Translations under genes and position numbers: made by a program
Notes under the pieces: generated by a model
Seen by the model: the letters and a program-made list of their open reading frames with translations, nothing else
Told to the model about the DNA's origin: nothing
The model's database searches: none
Assembly (NCBI GenBank): GCA_018303225.1
Contig: JAGVYO010000021.1
Location: 1-50,137, forward strand
DNA length: 50,137 nt
Origin: Candidatus Woesearchaeota archaeon
Lineage (GTDB): Archaea > Nanobdellota > Nanobdellia > Woesearchaeales > JAGVYO01
Reading direction: 5' to 3'
Part shown: one piece after another, positions 1 to 8,300 of the stretch
Layout: the number at the start of each line of letters is the position of its first letter
Numbering within the stretch: position 1 is the first letter of the stretch

Positions 1-3000
1 TCGTTGTATCCGATGCGGATGAATCCCTCGTCATCGAACAATACCTGCCGTGGGTTGGTGTCCTCCAGCCTCACCCAGAGCGATACAGTCCCTTTATCCA
101 CATCATTGTTGGAGAACGCATTGTAGCTCAAATTGATGAAGTTATGGGCGCCGTCGAAATGATAGGCTTTCCCAATCTTTCCGTCCGCTACAAGGGTAGT
201 GCTGTTTATGATGCCGTTCTTGTCGTTTCCGTAATCAAATGCGTCGCTGTCGAACGGATAGTAGGCCAGCAATCCGGATTCGTTGTGCACGGTGCTTGCA
301 TTCAGGATGTCATTTCGATACCACCTATAGGCGATTGTGATATTGTCGCTGTCCACGTCCCTGCTTTCATTGGCAGCAGCCTTAAGGTGCTGTGTAGATA
401 AGGTATTGTTAAAGAGAAACCTTTCTTTGATCTCGTTTGCGGATAAAGTCTGGTTATAGATTGCTACTTCATCGATGAAGCCATCGAAGGTATATGCATT
501 GGCATTACCGGTCTCCATGCCCACCAATACCCTGGAAGCTGCGTACGCGTCGTCCTTGAAGGCCGTGGAGGATTTGTTGCCCGCAATCTCACCGTTGATG
601 TAGAACGTGACGCTTTCATTGGCATAGATTGCTGCCACATGGGTCCACTCGTTGAGGTTCACAGTCCGGTTGGATTGGATGGTGGTGGTCTGCAGATTGT
701 TGGGGCTGAAATAGAGCTTATACGATCCAGTGCTGTTGAATAAGGCAAAGGTATAGCCTTCATCTGCAAATACCCGGAAGGTCCTGGAGACGATAGGTGC
801 GTAGGTCCGGAGGGACGCCGGATATATCCATGCCGACAAGGTGTAGTTTCCTGAGGCGTTGAAATAGAGGCTCTCGTTGTTGCCTAAATTGACATGGGTG
901 CCGCTGCAGATTTTACCTACTTGGGCCAATACCAGCGCACCATCGAATGCTAGAACTCCACCATTTTGACTGACATCCAGCCCGTTGCAATGCAAGGTAC
1001 TGGAACAACTTGAAGTACCTTCGGTCAACCAGACCGGACAGTTGCCTATGTTACATTGAGAGATTATACTTTGATCAGCCCCCTGAACCATCCCGTTGCT
1101 ATCGATATCATACAGGCAGCCGTCGGTTCTCTTGGAACCATTGAAGCGGAATCCACGGGCCAGATAGCCGGTGGCGTTGGTTGTTCCGTTGATGACGCCG
1201 TCTATGGTACCGGCGCTGCTGATGCCAACGGTATCAACAGCATTATCTTCGACTTCCCAGTAGCCCACCAGATCCGAATCGTCCAAGGGCAGCTGCGAGC
1301 CGATAAATGAGCCGTTCAGGGAGGGTGGCGCGTTGCTTACGGTGAATGTCGCCAGTGTCGAATAATTCCAGTTATCAGAGGTGTCTTTGGCGTAGAACTG
1401 ATAGCCCACTACGGCTCCGCGGGATGCGTTGACCGTAAGGTTCACGGAATAATTGTAGGAAGTAATGAGGCCGCTTACAGAGACGTTGCTGATATTCTGC
1501 CATATGCCCGAATCGTTCCAGCCGAAGACGACCATCCTCAGGGCGGTTCCGTCCAACGCGGTCACGTTGATTTTTACGAGCTTGCCCCGGTACGGCGCTG
1601 AGAAATTGATGGACTGTCCTGTGAAACCAGGGCCTGTCAAGTCGGACTTAAATGTATTCAGGGCCGATGCCGTAAAGGTGGTGCCCAACGAATCGTTTGC
1701 ATAGAAGAGCCATCCGGTCGTATTCCCGTTGGATACGTTTACGGTCAGGTTCACTGTGTAATTGACTGAGCTGGCAGAGACTGTGATGTTACTGACATTC
1801 ATCCACGAGCCGTTTGTTCCGTTCCACGAAGCGATGATCATGCTGATCAGATCGGCATCAATGACCTTCACCGATAATTGCACGGTATCGTTGATCCGTG
1901 GAGCCGTATTATTGATGGCCAGGGTGAAGGAGGGTGAGACATTTGCGGGCTGGTCACTGGGCGTAACGCCGCCGGAATACGAGATGAATGCCGGTTCGGG
2001 CACAATTGACAGCTTGTAGCTGCTTTCATTCACTTTGCCGCCGGGGTCGTCCACATAGACGGTGCTCGTCATTTTGTAGGTGCTCTCATTGACCCGGAAA
2101 CCGCCATCGGTCGGGGTCACGATAAGATTTAGCTTGTATGAACCCTCGCTGGATTGGTCACCGCCTCCGATGATCACTCCGTTAAGTGTCATCTTATAGC
2201 CGGATTCGTTGGTGGCCAGATTGTGGGCATAGGCCATTTGGTCACCAAAGATGAATTCCTGGGTATGGACACCGACGGTATGGACTTTGACAATATGCCC
2301 TGCGGTCGCATTGCATGAATAGTTTTCATAAAACACATGCGTTCCGTTAAAGACAGGCGTCAATGTGAGGTTACCGCAGCGCAACCCGAGCCACTCCAAA
2401 TCATTCGGCGTACCGTTCCCGTATGTCGTGCCATTGCTGGCTGAGATGGTAAGATTGGCTATTCCGAAAGTGGTGAAGGCTACGGTCCAATTGCCACCCA
2501 CCATGGGATAGCTCTGCACGTTCAGGATGGTAATCTCTACTTCATAGGTCTGGTTGCTCAGGGAAGGCGTAATCCATTCGATGTAATCAATCAGGGAATT
2601 GTTGTTGGTGTCGAATTTAGAGGCATTTACTTCGGTCCTGGAATCGTTGACCAGCCAGTAGAGCCGTACAGCACCTTCGGGCGCTTCGACCGGCAATTCG
2701 GTGAAGGTGAGGATATTCTCGTAATGCACATTCGAAGATACGGTGATCCGCTTTGAGTAGGCATTGATCTCTTCTTCGATTGCCTGCGGGGCTTCGGTCT
2801 CGTATTCGATCTCAATCTCTTCGACAGGTTCCTCGATGAAAATCTCAGTGGTATCGTTGGCTTCTTGCGATTCAGCGATCACATTCCCAGTAATGGCATT
2901 GAACGTTTTAATGGATGTCTCAAAGTCGGGCGTCTTGACGCGGGCCTTCTCCACTTCAACTGTTTCGTTCTCCACCTTCTTGGTGACGTTGATGTTGGTG

Positions 3001-4250
3001 GCTTCTTTCGGCAGCTGGACAGTGATGTTGGACTGGGTCTCATTCAGTTTTATGGTCTTTTTCCACTTCACCGGTTTGCCGATGACGGCCTGGTATTGGA
3101 TGGTTTTTTCTTCTATAACTGAAATGTTCGTGGCATTGGCGATAGTGGCGTTTTCAAGGTGCTCTTCCAAGACCGAATAGGAAATAGCGTCGATGGTAAG
3201 TCCTACATTGTCCACATCAAAGATCAGCCGGTAGGAACTGGCATTGAAATCATCCAACAAGCAGTTTTCATGGCAGGTGTCATTGAATTCAAGCACAGCC
3301 TGCTGGAATCTTGCTGGCAAGGTAGCTTTCTCTGAATTGATGATTTCCGCCTCCAAATCAGAGAAATTGACATTGTAATAGACGATCTGTGCGCTAATCT
3401 CGTTATTGGCAGTGGAGTTGTATTTCTGGTAGGTTAAAAGGAAGGACTCATTCCAGGCAGTGCCCAACGGTTCCAGATCCAGGAAATTACAGCATTGCGC
3501 ATTGCCGTTGCAGACAGACTGAGTGGATAATGTGTCCAATGATTTGACTTCCCATCTTGTACAGAGGTTGTTTTCATCGATGTTTCCATTGAGTCCGGAA
3601 TTTTCTACAGTGAGGTCGATCACTCCGTCCAGGGGCTCTCTGCCATCGTTATTGGCGTCCCATGCAGAACCGGAATCATACGCCAAATCAATCGAGATAG
3701 ACTTGTCGACTGTTTCGTCGCTTTCTGCGGTTACGTTTGATGCTGTTGGCCCGGGAGATGTTTCATTTTCCATGACAGCAAATCCAGTAATTAAGTTGGA
3801 ATTGGATACATTCAGCCTGTCAGAATCGAAGACCAGATAGGCCTGACCCTCGTGCTCTATGTAAATTTTTGCTGTTCCCCCTGCTGAGACGGATCCGCTC
3901 AGTGCAATGGACCTCAGCTTGCCGACATGCTCGAGGAACCATGTCCTTTCAGTATCTCTTGCAACGGTAAAGGAGACGTCTTGCGTATATGCCGCGGCCT
4001 GTTCGCCGGTAATGAAACCGGTGATTTCCGGCCTGAGGAATAGTCCGAAGGCGATAACAAAGAGCAGGACGGCGACAATCGGCGCGATCCGGAGTGCACG
4101 ATCCTTTATTCTTTGATTCCGTAGGACACGCGCTACCTGCTTCTCGTCATAGCCTTTCCGGACCAGCTCTTGTCCGACGGCTTCCAGTGTGAAAACTGCA
4201 GGAACGCCGCTTTCCGGCTTCTGGTCCCGGATTTTGTCGTTAAGCTTCAT
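1..4250 (-). CDS. Very large membrane-anchored surface protein, partial (C-terminus lies beyond the window start). Contains LamG/concanavalin-A-like lectin domains, tandem Ig-like repeats and a dockerin-like Ca-binding repeat pair.
   Basis: The minus frame stays open from the ATG at 4250-4248 to the window edge. It is absent from the ORF track because it never closes. Hand translation gives MKLNDKIRDQKPESGVPAVFTLEAVGQELVRKGYDEKQVARVLRNQRIKDRALRIAPIVAVLLFVIAFGLFL (cytoplasmic tail plus one TM helix). Later segments are NEWTHVAAIYANESVTFYINGEIAG and DKGTVSLWVRLEDTNPRQVLFDD (LamG-type signatures), and DIDSNGMVQGADQSII / LDVSQNGGVLAFDGALVL (dockerin-like pair, about 930-1110). Two ~95-aa repeats lie around 1400-2000. 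There are dozens of N-x-S/T sequons. Confidence 0.8.
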   Translation of the reverse strand, partial: MKLNDKIRDQKPESGVPAVFTLEAVGQELVRKGYDEKQVARVLRNQRIKDRALRIAPIVAVLLFVIAFGLFLRPEITGFITGEQAAAYTQDVSFTVARDTERTWFLEHVGKLRSIALSGSVSAGGTAKIYIEHEGQAYLVFDSDRLNVSNSNLITGFAVMENETSPGPTASNVTAESDETVDKSISIDLAYDSGSAWDANNDGREPLDGVIDLTVENSGLNGNIDENNLCTRWEVKSLDTLSTQSVCNGNAQCCNFLDLEPLGTAWNESFLLTYQKYNSTANNEISAQIVYYNVNFSDLEAEIINSEKATLPARFQQAVLEFNDTCHENCLLDDFNASSYRLIFDVDNVGLTIDAISYSVLEEHLENATIANATNISVIEEKTIQYQAVIGKPVKWKKTIKLNETQSNITVQLPKEATNINVTKKVENETVEVEKARVKTPDFETSIKTFNAITGNVIAESQEANDTTEIFIEEPVEEIEIEYETEAPQAIEEEINAYSKRITVSSNVHYENILTFTELPVEAPEGAVRLYWLVNDSRTEVNASKFDTNNNSLIDYIEWITPSLSNQTYEVEITILNVQSYPMVGGNWTVAFTTFGIANLTISASNGTTYGNGTPNDLEWLGLRCGNLTLTPVFNGTHVFYENYSCNATAGHIVKVHTVGVHTQEFIFGDQMAYAHNLATNESGYKMTLNGVIIGGGDQSSEGSYKLNLIVTPTDGGFRVNESTYKMTSTVYVDDPGGKVNESSYKLSIVPEPAFISYSGGVTPSDQPANVSPSFTLAINNTAPRINDTVQLSVKVIDADLISMIIASWNGTNGSWMNVSNITVSASSVNYTVNLTVNVSNGNTTGWLFYANDSLGTTFTASALNTFKSDLTGPGFTGQSINFSAPYRGKLVKINVTALDGTALRMVVFGWNDSGIWQNISNVSVSGLITSYNYSVNLTVNASRGAVVGYQFYAKDTSDNWNYSTLATFTVSNAPPSLNGSFIGSQLPLDDSDLVGYWEVEDNAVDTVGISSAGTIDGVINGTTNATGYLARGFRFNGSKRTDGCLYDIDSNGMVQGADQSIISQCNIGNCPVWLTEGTSSCSSTLHCNGLDVSQNGGVLAFDGALVLAQVGKICSGTHVNLGNNESLYFNASGNYTLSAWIYPASLRTYAPIVSRTFRVFADEGYTFALFNSTGSYKLYFSPNNLQTTTIQSNRTVNLNEWTHVAAIYANESVTFYINGEIAGNKSSTAFKDDAYAASRVLVGMETGNANAYTFDGFIDEVAIYNQTLSANEIKERFLFNNTLSTQHLKAAANESRDVDSDNITIAYRWYRNDILNASTVHNESGLLAYYPFDSDAFDYGNDKNGIINSTTLVADGKIGKAYHFDGAHNFINLSYNAFSNNDVDKGTVSLWVRLEDTNPRQVLFDDEGFIRIGYN

Positions 4251-4740
4251 GTTTCTTTTTGGCTCTTTGGTAAACGGTCCATATGGTGGAATCGTCACGA
4301 TGAAGGAGAAGGGCAATCGTATGGAACGTCAATTGGCGATTTTCCTTCAGGTAGAACACCAGGTTTTCAAGCGGGCTTAATGTCCGATTTTTGAACAAGG
4401 AAGGAGTGATGGAGAAGGAGGACGGTTTTGGAACAAACCGTTTCGGGAATTTATGATGGGCGCGATGGCAGGTTGTCGCAATCAGGCGCGGATCGCGATT
4501 AAGGAGGCGGGCTGCCTGGCTGAAGGTAAGCTGAAGGTTCTCGTGGAGATATTTACAGGCCGTTTCCAACGCCGTTAATGCATCCGTAGAAAAAACGGAA
4601 ATCGGGATTTGCGACCCAATGGTTTTCTTTTCCAGGATTTGCTGGATTTCTTCCCCGGAAACCTGCCACTTTTCTTCCAAATAGGCGAGAAATTCTCCTA
4701 TGATCGCTTCCTTGTCGGGTTCAAACGGCCTCTTTTTCAA
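4240..4740 (-). CDS. Small protein with two tandem helix-turn-helix modules (sigma-70 region 4 / LuxR-like); putative transcription regulator.
   Basis: The ORF track gives 166 aa. An internal duplication is visible: LTALETACKYLHENLQLTFSQAARLLNRDPRLIATTCHRA and LSPLENLVFYLKENRQLTFHTIALLLHRDDSTIWTVYQRAKKK. The only available start is TTG at 4740, with no in-frame ATG. Its stop overlaps the ATG of the downstream surface-protein gene (cATGaagctTAA). Confidence 0.6.
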   Translation of the reverse strand: MKKRPFEPDKEAIIGEFLAYLEEKWQVSGEEIQQILEKKTIGSQIPISVFSTDALTALETACKYLHENLQLTFSQAARLLNRDPRLIATTCHRAHHKFPKRFVPKPSSFSITPSLFKNRTLSPLENLVFYLKENRQLTFHTIALLLHRDDSTIWTVYQRAKKKHEA

Positions 4741-4746
4741 TGGAAG

Positions 4747-4784
4747 ATACCTATTTTGTAAGTTTTAATACCTATTTTGTAAGT
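4747..4784. promoter_or_regulatory. Two perfect 17-bp direct repeats (ATACCTATTTTGTAAGT) spaced 21 bp apart. They flank a TATA-like TTTTAATA just upstream of the HTH gene; putative operator/promoter.
   Basis: Read directly: 4747-4763 and 4768-4784 are identical. The AT-rich box at 4763-4771 is centred about 27 nt from the start codon at 4740 on the minus strand. Confidence 0.5.
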
Positions 4785-4850
4785 CTTTATTGGTATTAAT
4801 TAACCTACTTTAATCTATATTTTTCATACTATGTAGGTTTTTTGTTTATA

Positions 4851-5085
4851 AATGTTGCGATTAAGAACAAGAATATCCGATAAAGTACAATGTGACTCAA
4901 ATAGCACAAATGACGCAATAGAGAACAATTCTTTTTCTTGGCAGCAAGGCTCAGGGGAAAAATGGCGCATTCGCAAATATGCCTTTTTTATAGCGTATAG
5001 GTCCATCCCAAAAATTTCGGCACGAAATTTTTGGTCTTTCGCTTTCGCTAAAGAAAATGATTTTTAAATGCGCAATCCTTTTTTC
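4851..5085 (+). repeat. Modular intergenic repeat, copy A (all modules present).
   Basis: Shares the modules aatgt..cg.ttaagaacaagaatat, aatgacgcaatagagaa, aaaaatggcgcatt.gcaaata..gccttttttatagcg, the palindrome CCAAAAATTTCGGCACGAAATTTTTGG (5008-5034), and tcgctttcgctaaagaaaat.atttttnaatgcgcaat with copies at 9165-9361 and 11981-12145. Confidence 0.8.
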
Positions 5086-5138
5086 ACAATGGCTGATTTG
5101 CTTATTTTCTATATGGAAGTTTTATCTGACAACAAAAC

Positions 5139-5146
5139 TTATAAAG
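5139..5146 (+). promoter_or_regulatory. TATA box candidate (TTATAAAG) for xpd.
   Basis: Centred about 26 nt upstream of the ATG at 5168, consistent with a leaderless or very short-leader transcript. Confidence 0.4.
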
Positions 5147-5167
5147 AAACCGGCGATGCGTTGCTGC

Positions 5168-7057
5168 ATGCAATCGGGAATTCTTTTTCCGCATGATACT
5201 ATCCGGAAAATCCAGGATGAGATGGTGAAGGATGTCTATGATTCGGTTTCTTCCAAAAAGAACCTGATTGTGCACGCTCCTACCGGGTTAGGGAAAACAG
5301 CTGCCAGCTTAGGGCCTGCGTTAACCTATGCCCTGGAACATGACCTGACTGTATTTTTCTTAACCTCGCGGCATACGCAGCACCGGATTGCGATAGAAAC
5401 CCTGCAGAAAATCAGGGAAAAACATGATAAGATGCACAGGAAGATCGTCGCCTGCGATTTGATCGGCAAGCAATGGATGTGTTTAGTCCCTAATGTGCAG
5501 AGCCTGTACAGCAATGAATTCCATGAATTCTGCAACAGCCAAGTGGAAGATTACAAATGCGAGTTTTATGTGAAAACCAAGAAAAAAACCGGCCAGCCTA
5601 CGGTGGAAGCCAAAAAAGCGCTGTCTGAATTAGAGCAGCAGGGGCCGAAACATACCGAGCAGATTATCCAATTCTGCCAGGAAGAAGGCCTTTGTCCGTA
5701 TGAGACGGCCACGCTGCTGGCCGAGCATGCCAATGTCATCATCGCGGATTATTATTACGTGTTCCATCCTTCGATACGCCAGGCCTTATTCCAACGGGCC
5801 AAAAAAGAATTGGGGAAATGCATCCTCATCGTGGATGAAGGGCATAATCTGCCGAAACGCTGCCGCGATCTGCTGACGCACCGGTTAAGCACCGTAGCCG
5901 TGGAACGCGCAATCAAGGAAGCCGAGAAATATGAATTGGATGATATCCGGACCCACCTGATAGGCATAAGGGATGTGCTGCTGGATTATGCCGAAGACCT
6001 GAGAAAAGAAGAAGTTATGCTGGAAGAGATGAAGGTCGCAAAAGAGGATTTTGCAGGGAAAATCAATGCAATCCATAATTTTGATGAGATGATCACGGAT
6101 TTGCAATTCGCTGCGGATGAAATCAGGAAAAAGCAGAAGCAGAGCTATATCGGCAGCGTGGCTGATTTCCTGAGCAACTGGAGCGGGCCTGATTTCGGGT
6201 ATGTAAGGGTGTTTTCCAGAGCTGAGGGAAAAAAACCGTTGTTTACGTTGAGCTACCGATGCCTGGATCCCTCCCTGATCACAAAAGAGGTGATCGGGCA
6301 GGCGCATTCCACGATCATCATGTCCGGTACGCTGACCCCGACAGCCATGTATAAAGACGTGCTGGGATTTGAGGAGGCTGTTGAAAAAGAATACCCGAAC
6401 CCGTTTCCGAAGCAGAATCAGCTGAACCTGATCATCCCGGAGACCACCACAAAGTTTACAGCGCGGAATGAGGCGCAGTTCAAGCGCATTGCGGCCTTTT
6501 GTGCGAATATCGTGAATAGCGTTCCCGGCAATTCGGCATTGTTTTTTCCGAGCTATTTCCTGCGGGACCGGATCCATATGCATTTTGAAGGATTGTGCGA
6601 GAAAACGGTATTTCTGGAAAAGCCAGGCATGACGAAAGAGGAGAAGCAGGCATTCCTGGAGCGGTTCAAAAAATATAAGGATTCGGGGGCTGCTCTTTTG
6701 GGCGTCGCCACCGGCTCTTTCGGGGAAGGGATTGATTTGATTGGGGATTATCTAAAAGCAGTGGTTGTTGTCGGCTTGCCGCTCGAGAAGCCGAATCTGG
6801 AAACGCAGGCCCTGATCGATTATTACGAGCAGAAGTTCGGGAAAGGCTGGGATTATGGGTATGTATTGCCGGCCATAACCAGGACGCTGCAGAATGCAGG
6901 GCGGTGCATCCGCAGCGAGACGGATAGGGGAGTGATTGTGTTCCTGGATGAGCGGTACGCCTGGCCGCGGTATTTCAAATGCTTTCCGAAGGAGATGGGC
7001 GTCACGATTTCAAAATATTATCCGGAGAAGATCAAGGAATTCTTCTCTGTATCATAA
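5168..7057 (+). CDS. xpd: XPD/Rad3-type 5'-3' DNA helicase with Fe-S domain.
   Basis: Contains Walker A APTGLGKT, the DEAH-type box VDEGHNL, four Cys in the Fe-S domain region (CLVPN..FCNSQVEDYKCEF..LCPYE), and the C-terminal motif QNAGRCIRS. The ORF-track start at 5057 lies inside the repeat, so ATG 5168 (or 5156) is preferred because of the TATA spacing. Confidence 0.85.
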   Translation: MQSGILFPHDTIRKIQDEMVKDVYDSVSSKKNLIVHAPTGLGKTAASLGPALTYALEHDLTVFFLTSRHTQHRIAIETLQKIREKHDKMHRKIVACDLIGKQWMCLVPNVQSLYSNEFHEFCNSQVEDYKCEFYVKTKKKTGQPTVEAKKALSELEQQGPKHTEQIIQFCQEEGLCPYETATLLAEHANVIIADYYYVFHPSIRQALFQRAKKELGKCILIVDEGHNLPKRCRDLLTHRLSTVAVERAIKEAEKYELDDIRTHLIGIRDVLLDYAEDLRKEEVMLEEMKVAKEDFAGKINAIHNFDEMITDLQFAADEIRKKQKQSYIGSVADFLSNWSGPDFGYVRVFSRAEGKKPLFTLSYRCLDPSLITKEVIGQAHSTIIMSGTLTPTAMYKDVLGFEEAVEKEYPNPFPKQNQLNLIIPETTTKFTARNEAQFKRIAAFCANIVNSVPGNSALFFPSYFLRDRIHMHFEGLCEKTVFLEKPGMTKEEKQAFLERFKKYKDSGAALLGVATGSFGEGIDLIGDYLKAVVVVGLPLEKPNLETQALIDYYEQKFGKGWDYGYVLPAITRTLQNAGRCIRSETDRGVIVFLDERYAWPRYFKCFPKEMGVTISKYYPEKIKEFFSVS

Positions 7058-7205
7058 AAATCCGCATATCAAAGAAAGTAGCTGGTCAAACCCTGTCCTT
7101 TAGGGTAGGATCAACCGCTTTCGGCGGATTTTTAGGATGCCAAAAATGTCGCCCTAAAGAGCGGGGTTTCAAACCCCGCACAAAAAATGTATGGCGACAT
7201 TTTTG
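7056..7205. repeat. Two tandem long hairpins with A5/T5-capped arms.
   Basis: AAAAATCCGC (7056-7065) pairs with GCGGATTTTT (7124-7133) and encloses ACCCTgtcctttAGGGT. CAAAAATGTCGCC (7141-7153) pairs with GGCGACATTTTTG (7193-7205) and encloses GCGGGGTttcaaACCCCGC (7161-7179). Confidence 0.7.
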
Positions 7206-7219
7206 TGCATGACAAAAGG

Positions 7220-7227
7220 TTTTTATG
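7220..7227 (+). promoter_or_regulatory. TATA box candidate (TTTTTATG) for the pterin dehydratase gene.
   Basis: Centred about 26 nt upstream of the ATG at 7250. Confidence 0.4.
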
Positions 7228-7249
7228 TGTAGAGCATCAGGGAATCATT

Positions 7250-7528
7250 ATGCCTGCCCTATCCGACCTCGAAATCCGGGAAAAGCTGAAAAGCCTGAAT
7301 AAATGGGGCCTTTTTGAAGGGGCGCTTGTCAAACGGTTTGAGTTCTCTGGCTTCAAGGAAGCCATGGATTTTGTCAATAAAGCAGCAGCGATTGCAGAAG
7401 AAATGGACCACCACCCGGATATCTTCATCAGTTACAACAAGGTGTATTTCAAGCTTATGACGCACAGTGAAAATGGCCTTACGGAAAAGGATTTTGAGTT
7501 GGCTTCTAAAATCGATGTTTCTGTCTAG
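7250..7528 (+). CDS. Pterin-4a-carbinolamine dehydratase (PCD/DCoH family).
   Basis: The 92-aa product MPALSDLEIREKLKSLNKWGL...FKEAMDFVNKAAAIAEEMDHHPDIFISYNKVYFKLMTH carries the family DHHPD core. The upstream part of the ORF-track call (7187) overlaps the hairpin repeat. Confidence 0.8.
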   Translation: MPALSDLEIREKLKSLNKWGLFEGALVKRFEFSGFKEAMDFVNKAAAIAEEMDHHPDIFISYNKVYFKLMTHSENGLTEKDFELASKIDVSV

Positions 7529-7598
7529 TATACTAATTACTATACTAATCTACATAAGAGAAACATTTATATACTAGCTCTACCCTAGTAGGTAAAGA

Positions 7599-8009
7599 AT
7601 GGTCATCCTGTACGATCGGTTTAATTTGCCAGATGATATTTACGAAGTCATATTCGCGACCAAGCAGCAGGTGATTGTGGCGAAGCTGCTGGTCGAGATG
7701 ATCAAAGAGAAGGGAGGTGAAATCGGCAAGACGGAAATGTCGCTGTTCGCGACGAAGCTGCACGAGGGGAATTTCATCACCGATACACTGGATGACCCCA
7801 TGTATAAAGGCAAAAAGGTGAAGATCTCCTACAACAAACGGCAGTTTTACGACCGCATCCTGACGCCCATGAAGAGCATGGGCATCATCGACTACGACCT
7901 GTATAAGAAGACATACAGGCTGAGCGACAAGTTCAACAAAGACATGATCCGCATCGGACTGCTATGGACCAAAGAACTGAGAAAAGCACCGCATGCCTAT
8001 AAGGAATAG
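7599..8009 (+). CDS. Hypothetical protein, 136 aa, possibly a winged-helix fold.
   Basis: ORF track. TTTATATA at 7566-7573 lies about 29 nt upstream of the ATG. No recognisable catalytic motif. Confidence 0.5.
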   Translation: MVILYDRFNLPDDIYEVIFATKQQVIVAKLLVEMIKEKGGEIGKTEMSLFATKLHEGNFITDTLDDPMYKGKKVKISYNKRQFYDRILTPMKSMGIIDYDLYKKTYRLSDKFNKDMIRIGLLWTKELRKAPHAYKE

Positions 8010-8014
8010 CGCTT

Positions 8015-8160
8015 CCCCGGGCTCCCTGTTGCTGTTTTCTCACACCACCCCCCACATCAAAAATAGGGAGCCCATCCTTATTCCAGTCCTTTCAGGAGAA
8101 CAGGCTGTTTTCCTGCCGGGGAAAAAGAGGTAACGGGACAGGCCGGATATAGGCCTGTCC
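8015..8160. ncRNA. Candidate structured RNA or structured UTR: a closed three-way-junction-like fold plus a 9-bp terminal hairpin.
   Basis: CCCCGG (8015-8020) pairs with CCGGGG (8116-8121). Inside are GGCTCCCT (8020-8027)/AGGGAGCC (8065-8072) and CAGGAGAACAG (8093-8103)/CTGTTTTCCTG (8105-8115). A further hairpin is GGACAGGCC (8136-8144)/GGCCTGTCC (8152-8160). The strand is undetermined. Confidence 0.35.
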
Positions 8161-8300
8161 TTCCTTCCAACATGCTCAACAAATACAATATATGGATGGC
8201 AGCGGCCATCATAGGATTTGCCTTTCTTAGCCTGAAAGACAAGCCAGATTTCTCGTTCCAATCGCTATCTTTTTTAATCCGATGGGTTTTCTGAGTTCTG

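Noticed and set aside
4747-4784. The direct repeats as a possible mini CRISPR array.
   Set aside because: There are only two 17-bp units separated by 4 bp, with no spacer-sized intervals and no cas genes. No CRISPR-like array exists anywhere in the window.
4852-5067. ORFs within the intergenic repeats (4852..5067 and 9076..9327) that give similar peptides (RLRTRI, NDAIE, KISARNFW).
   Set aside because: The similarity is at the nucleotide level. Indels and module loss break the frame between copies, and copy C has no equivalent ORF.
5057-5167. N-terminal extension of xpd (MIFKCAILFSQWLICLFS...).
   Set aside because: It overlaps the end of repeat copy A and precedes the TATA box at 5139-5146. 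Helicase motif I follows shortly after the ATG at 5168.
5885-6583. A 232-aa minus-strand ORF inside xpd. Similar shadow ORFs are 8078..8704, 9542..10120, 12279..12728, 13251..13739, 13740..14465, 14069..14533, 16001..16477, 32568..33104, 46831..47301 and 47021..47497.
   Set aside because: Each is fully contained in, and antisense or out of frame to, a gene with strong family motifs. None shows a recognisable motif.
8172-8294. A 40-codon ORF (MLNKYNIWMAAAIIGFAFLSLKDKPDFSFQSLSFLIRWVF) upstream of the HDIG gene.
   Set aside because: It has one hydrophobic stretch but no ribosome-binding site or TATA at a suitable distance, and no supporting feature. It is kept only as a note.
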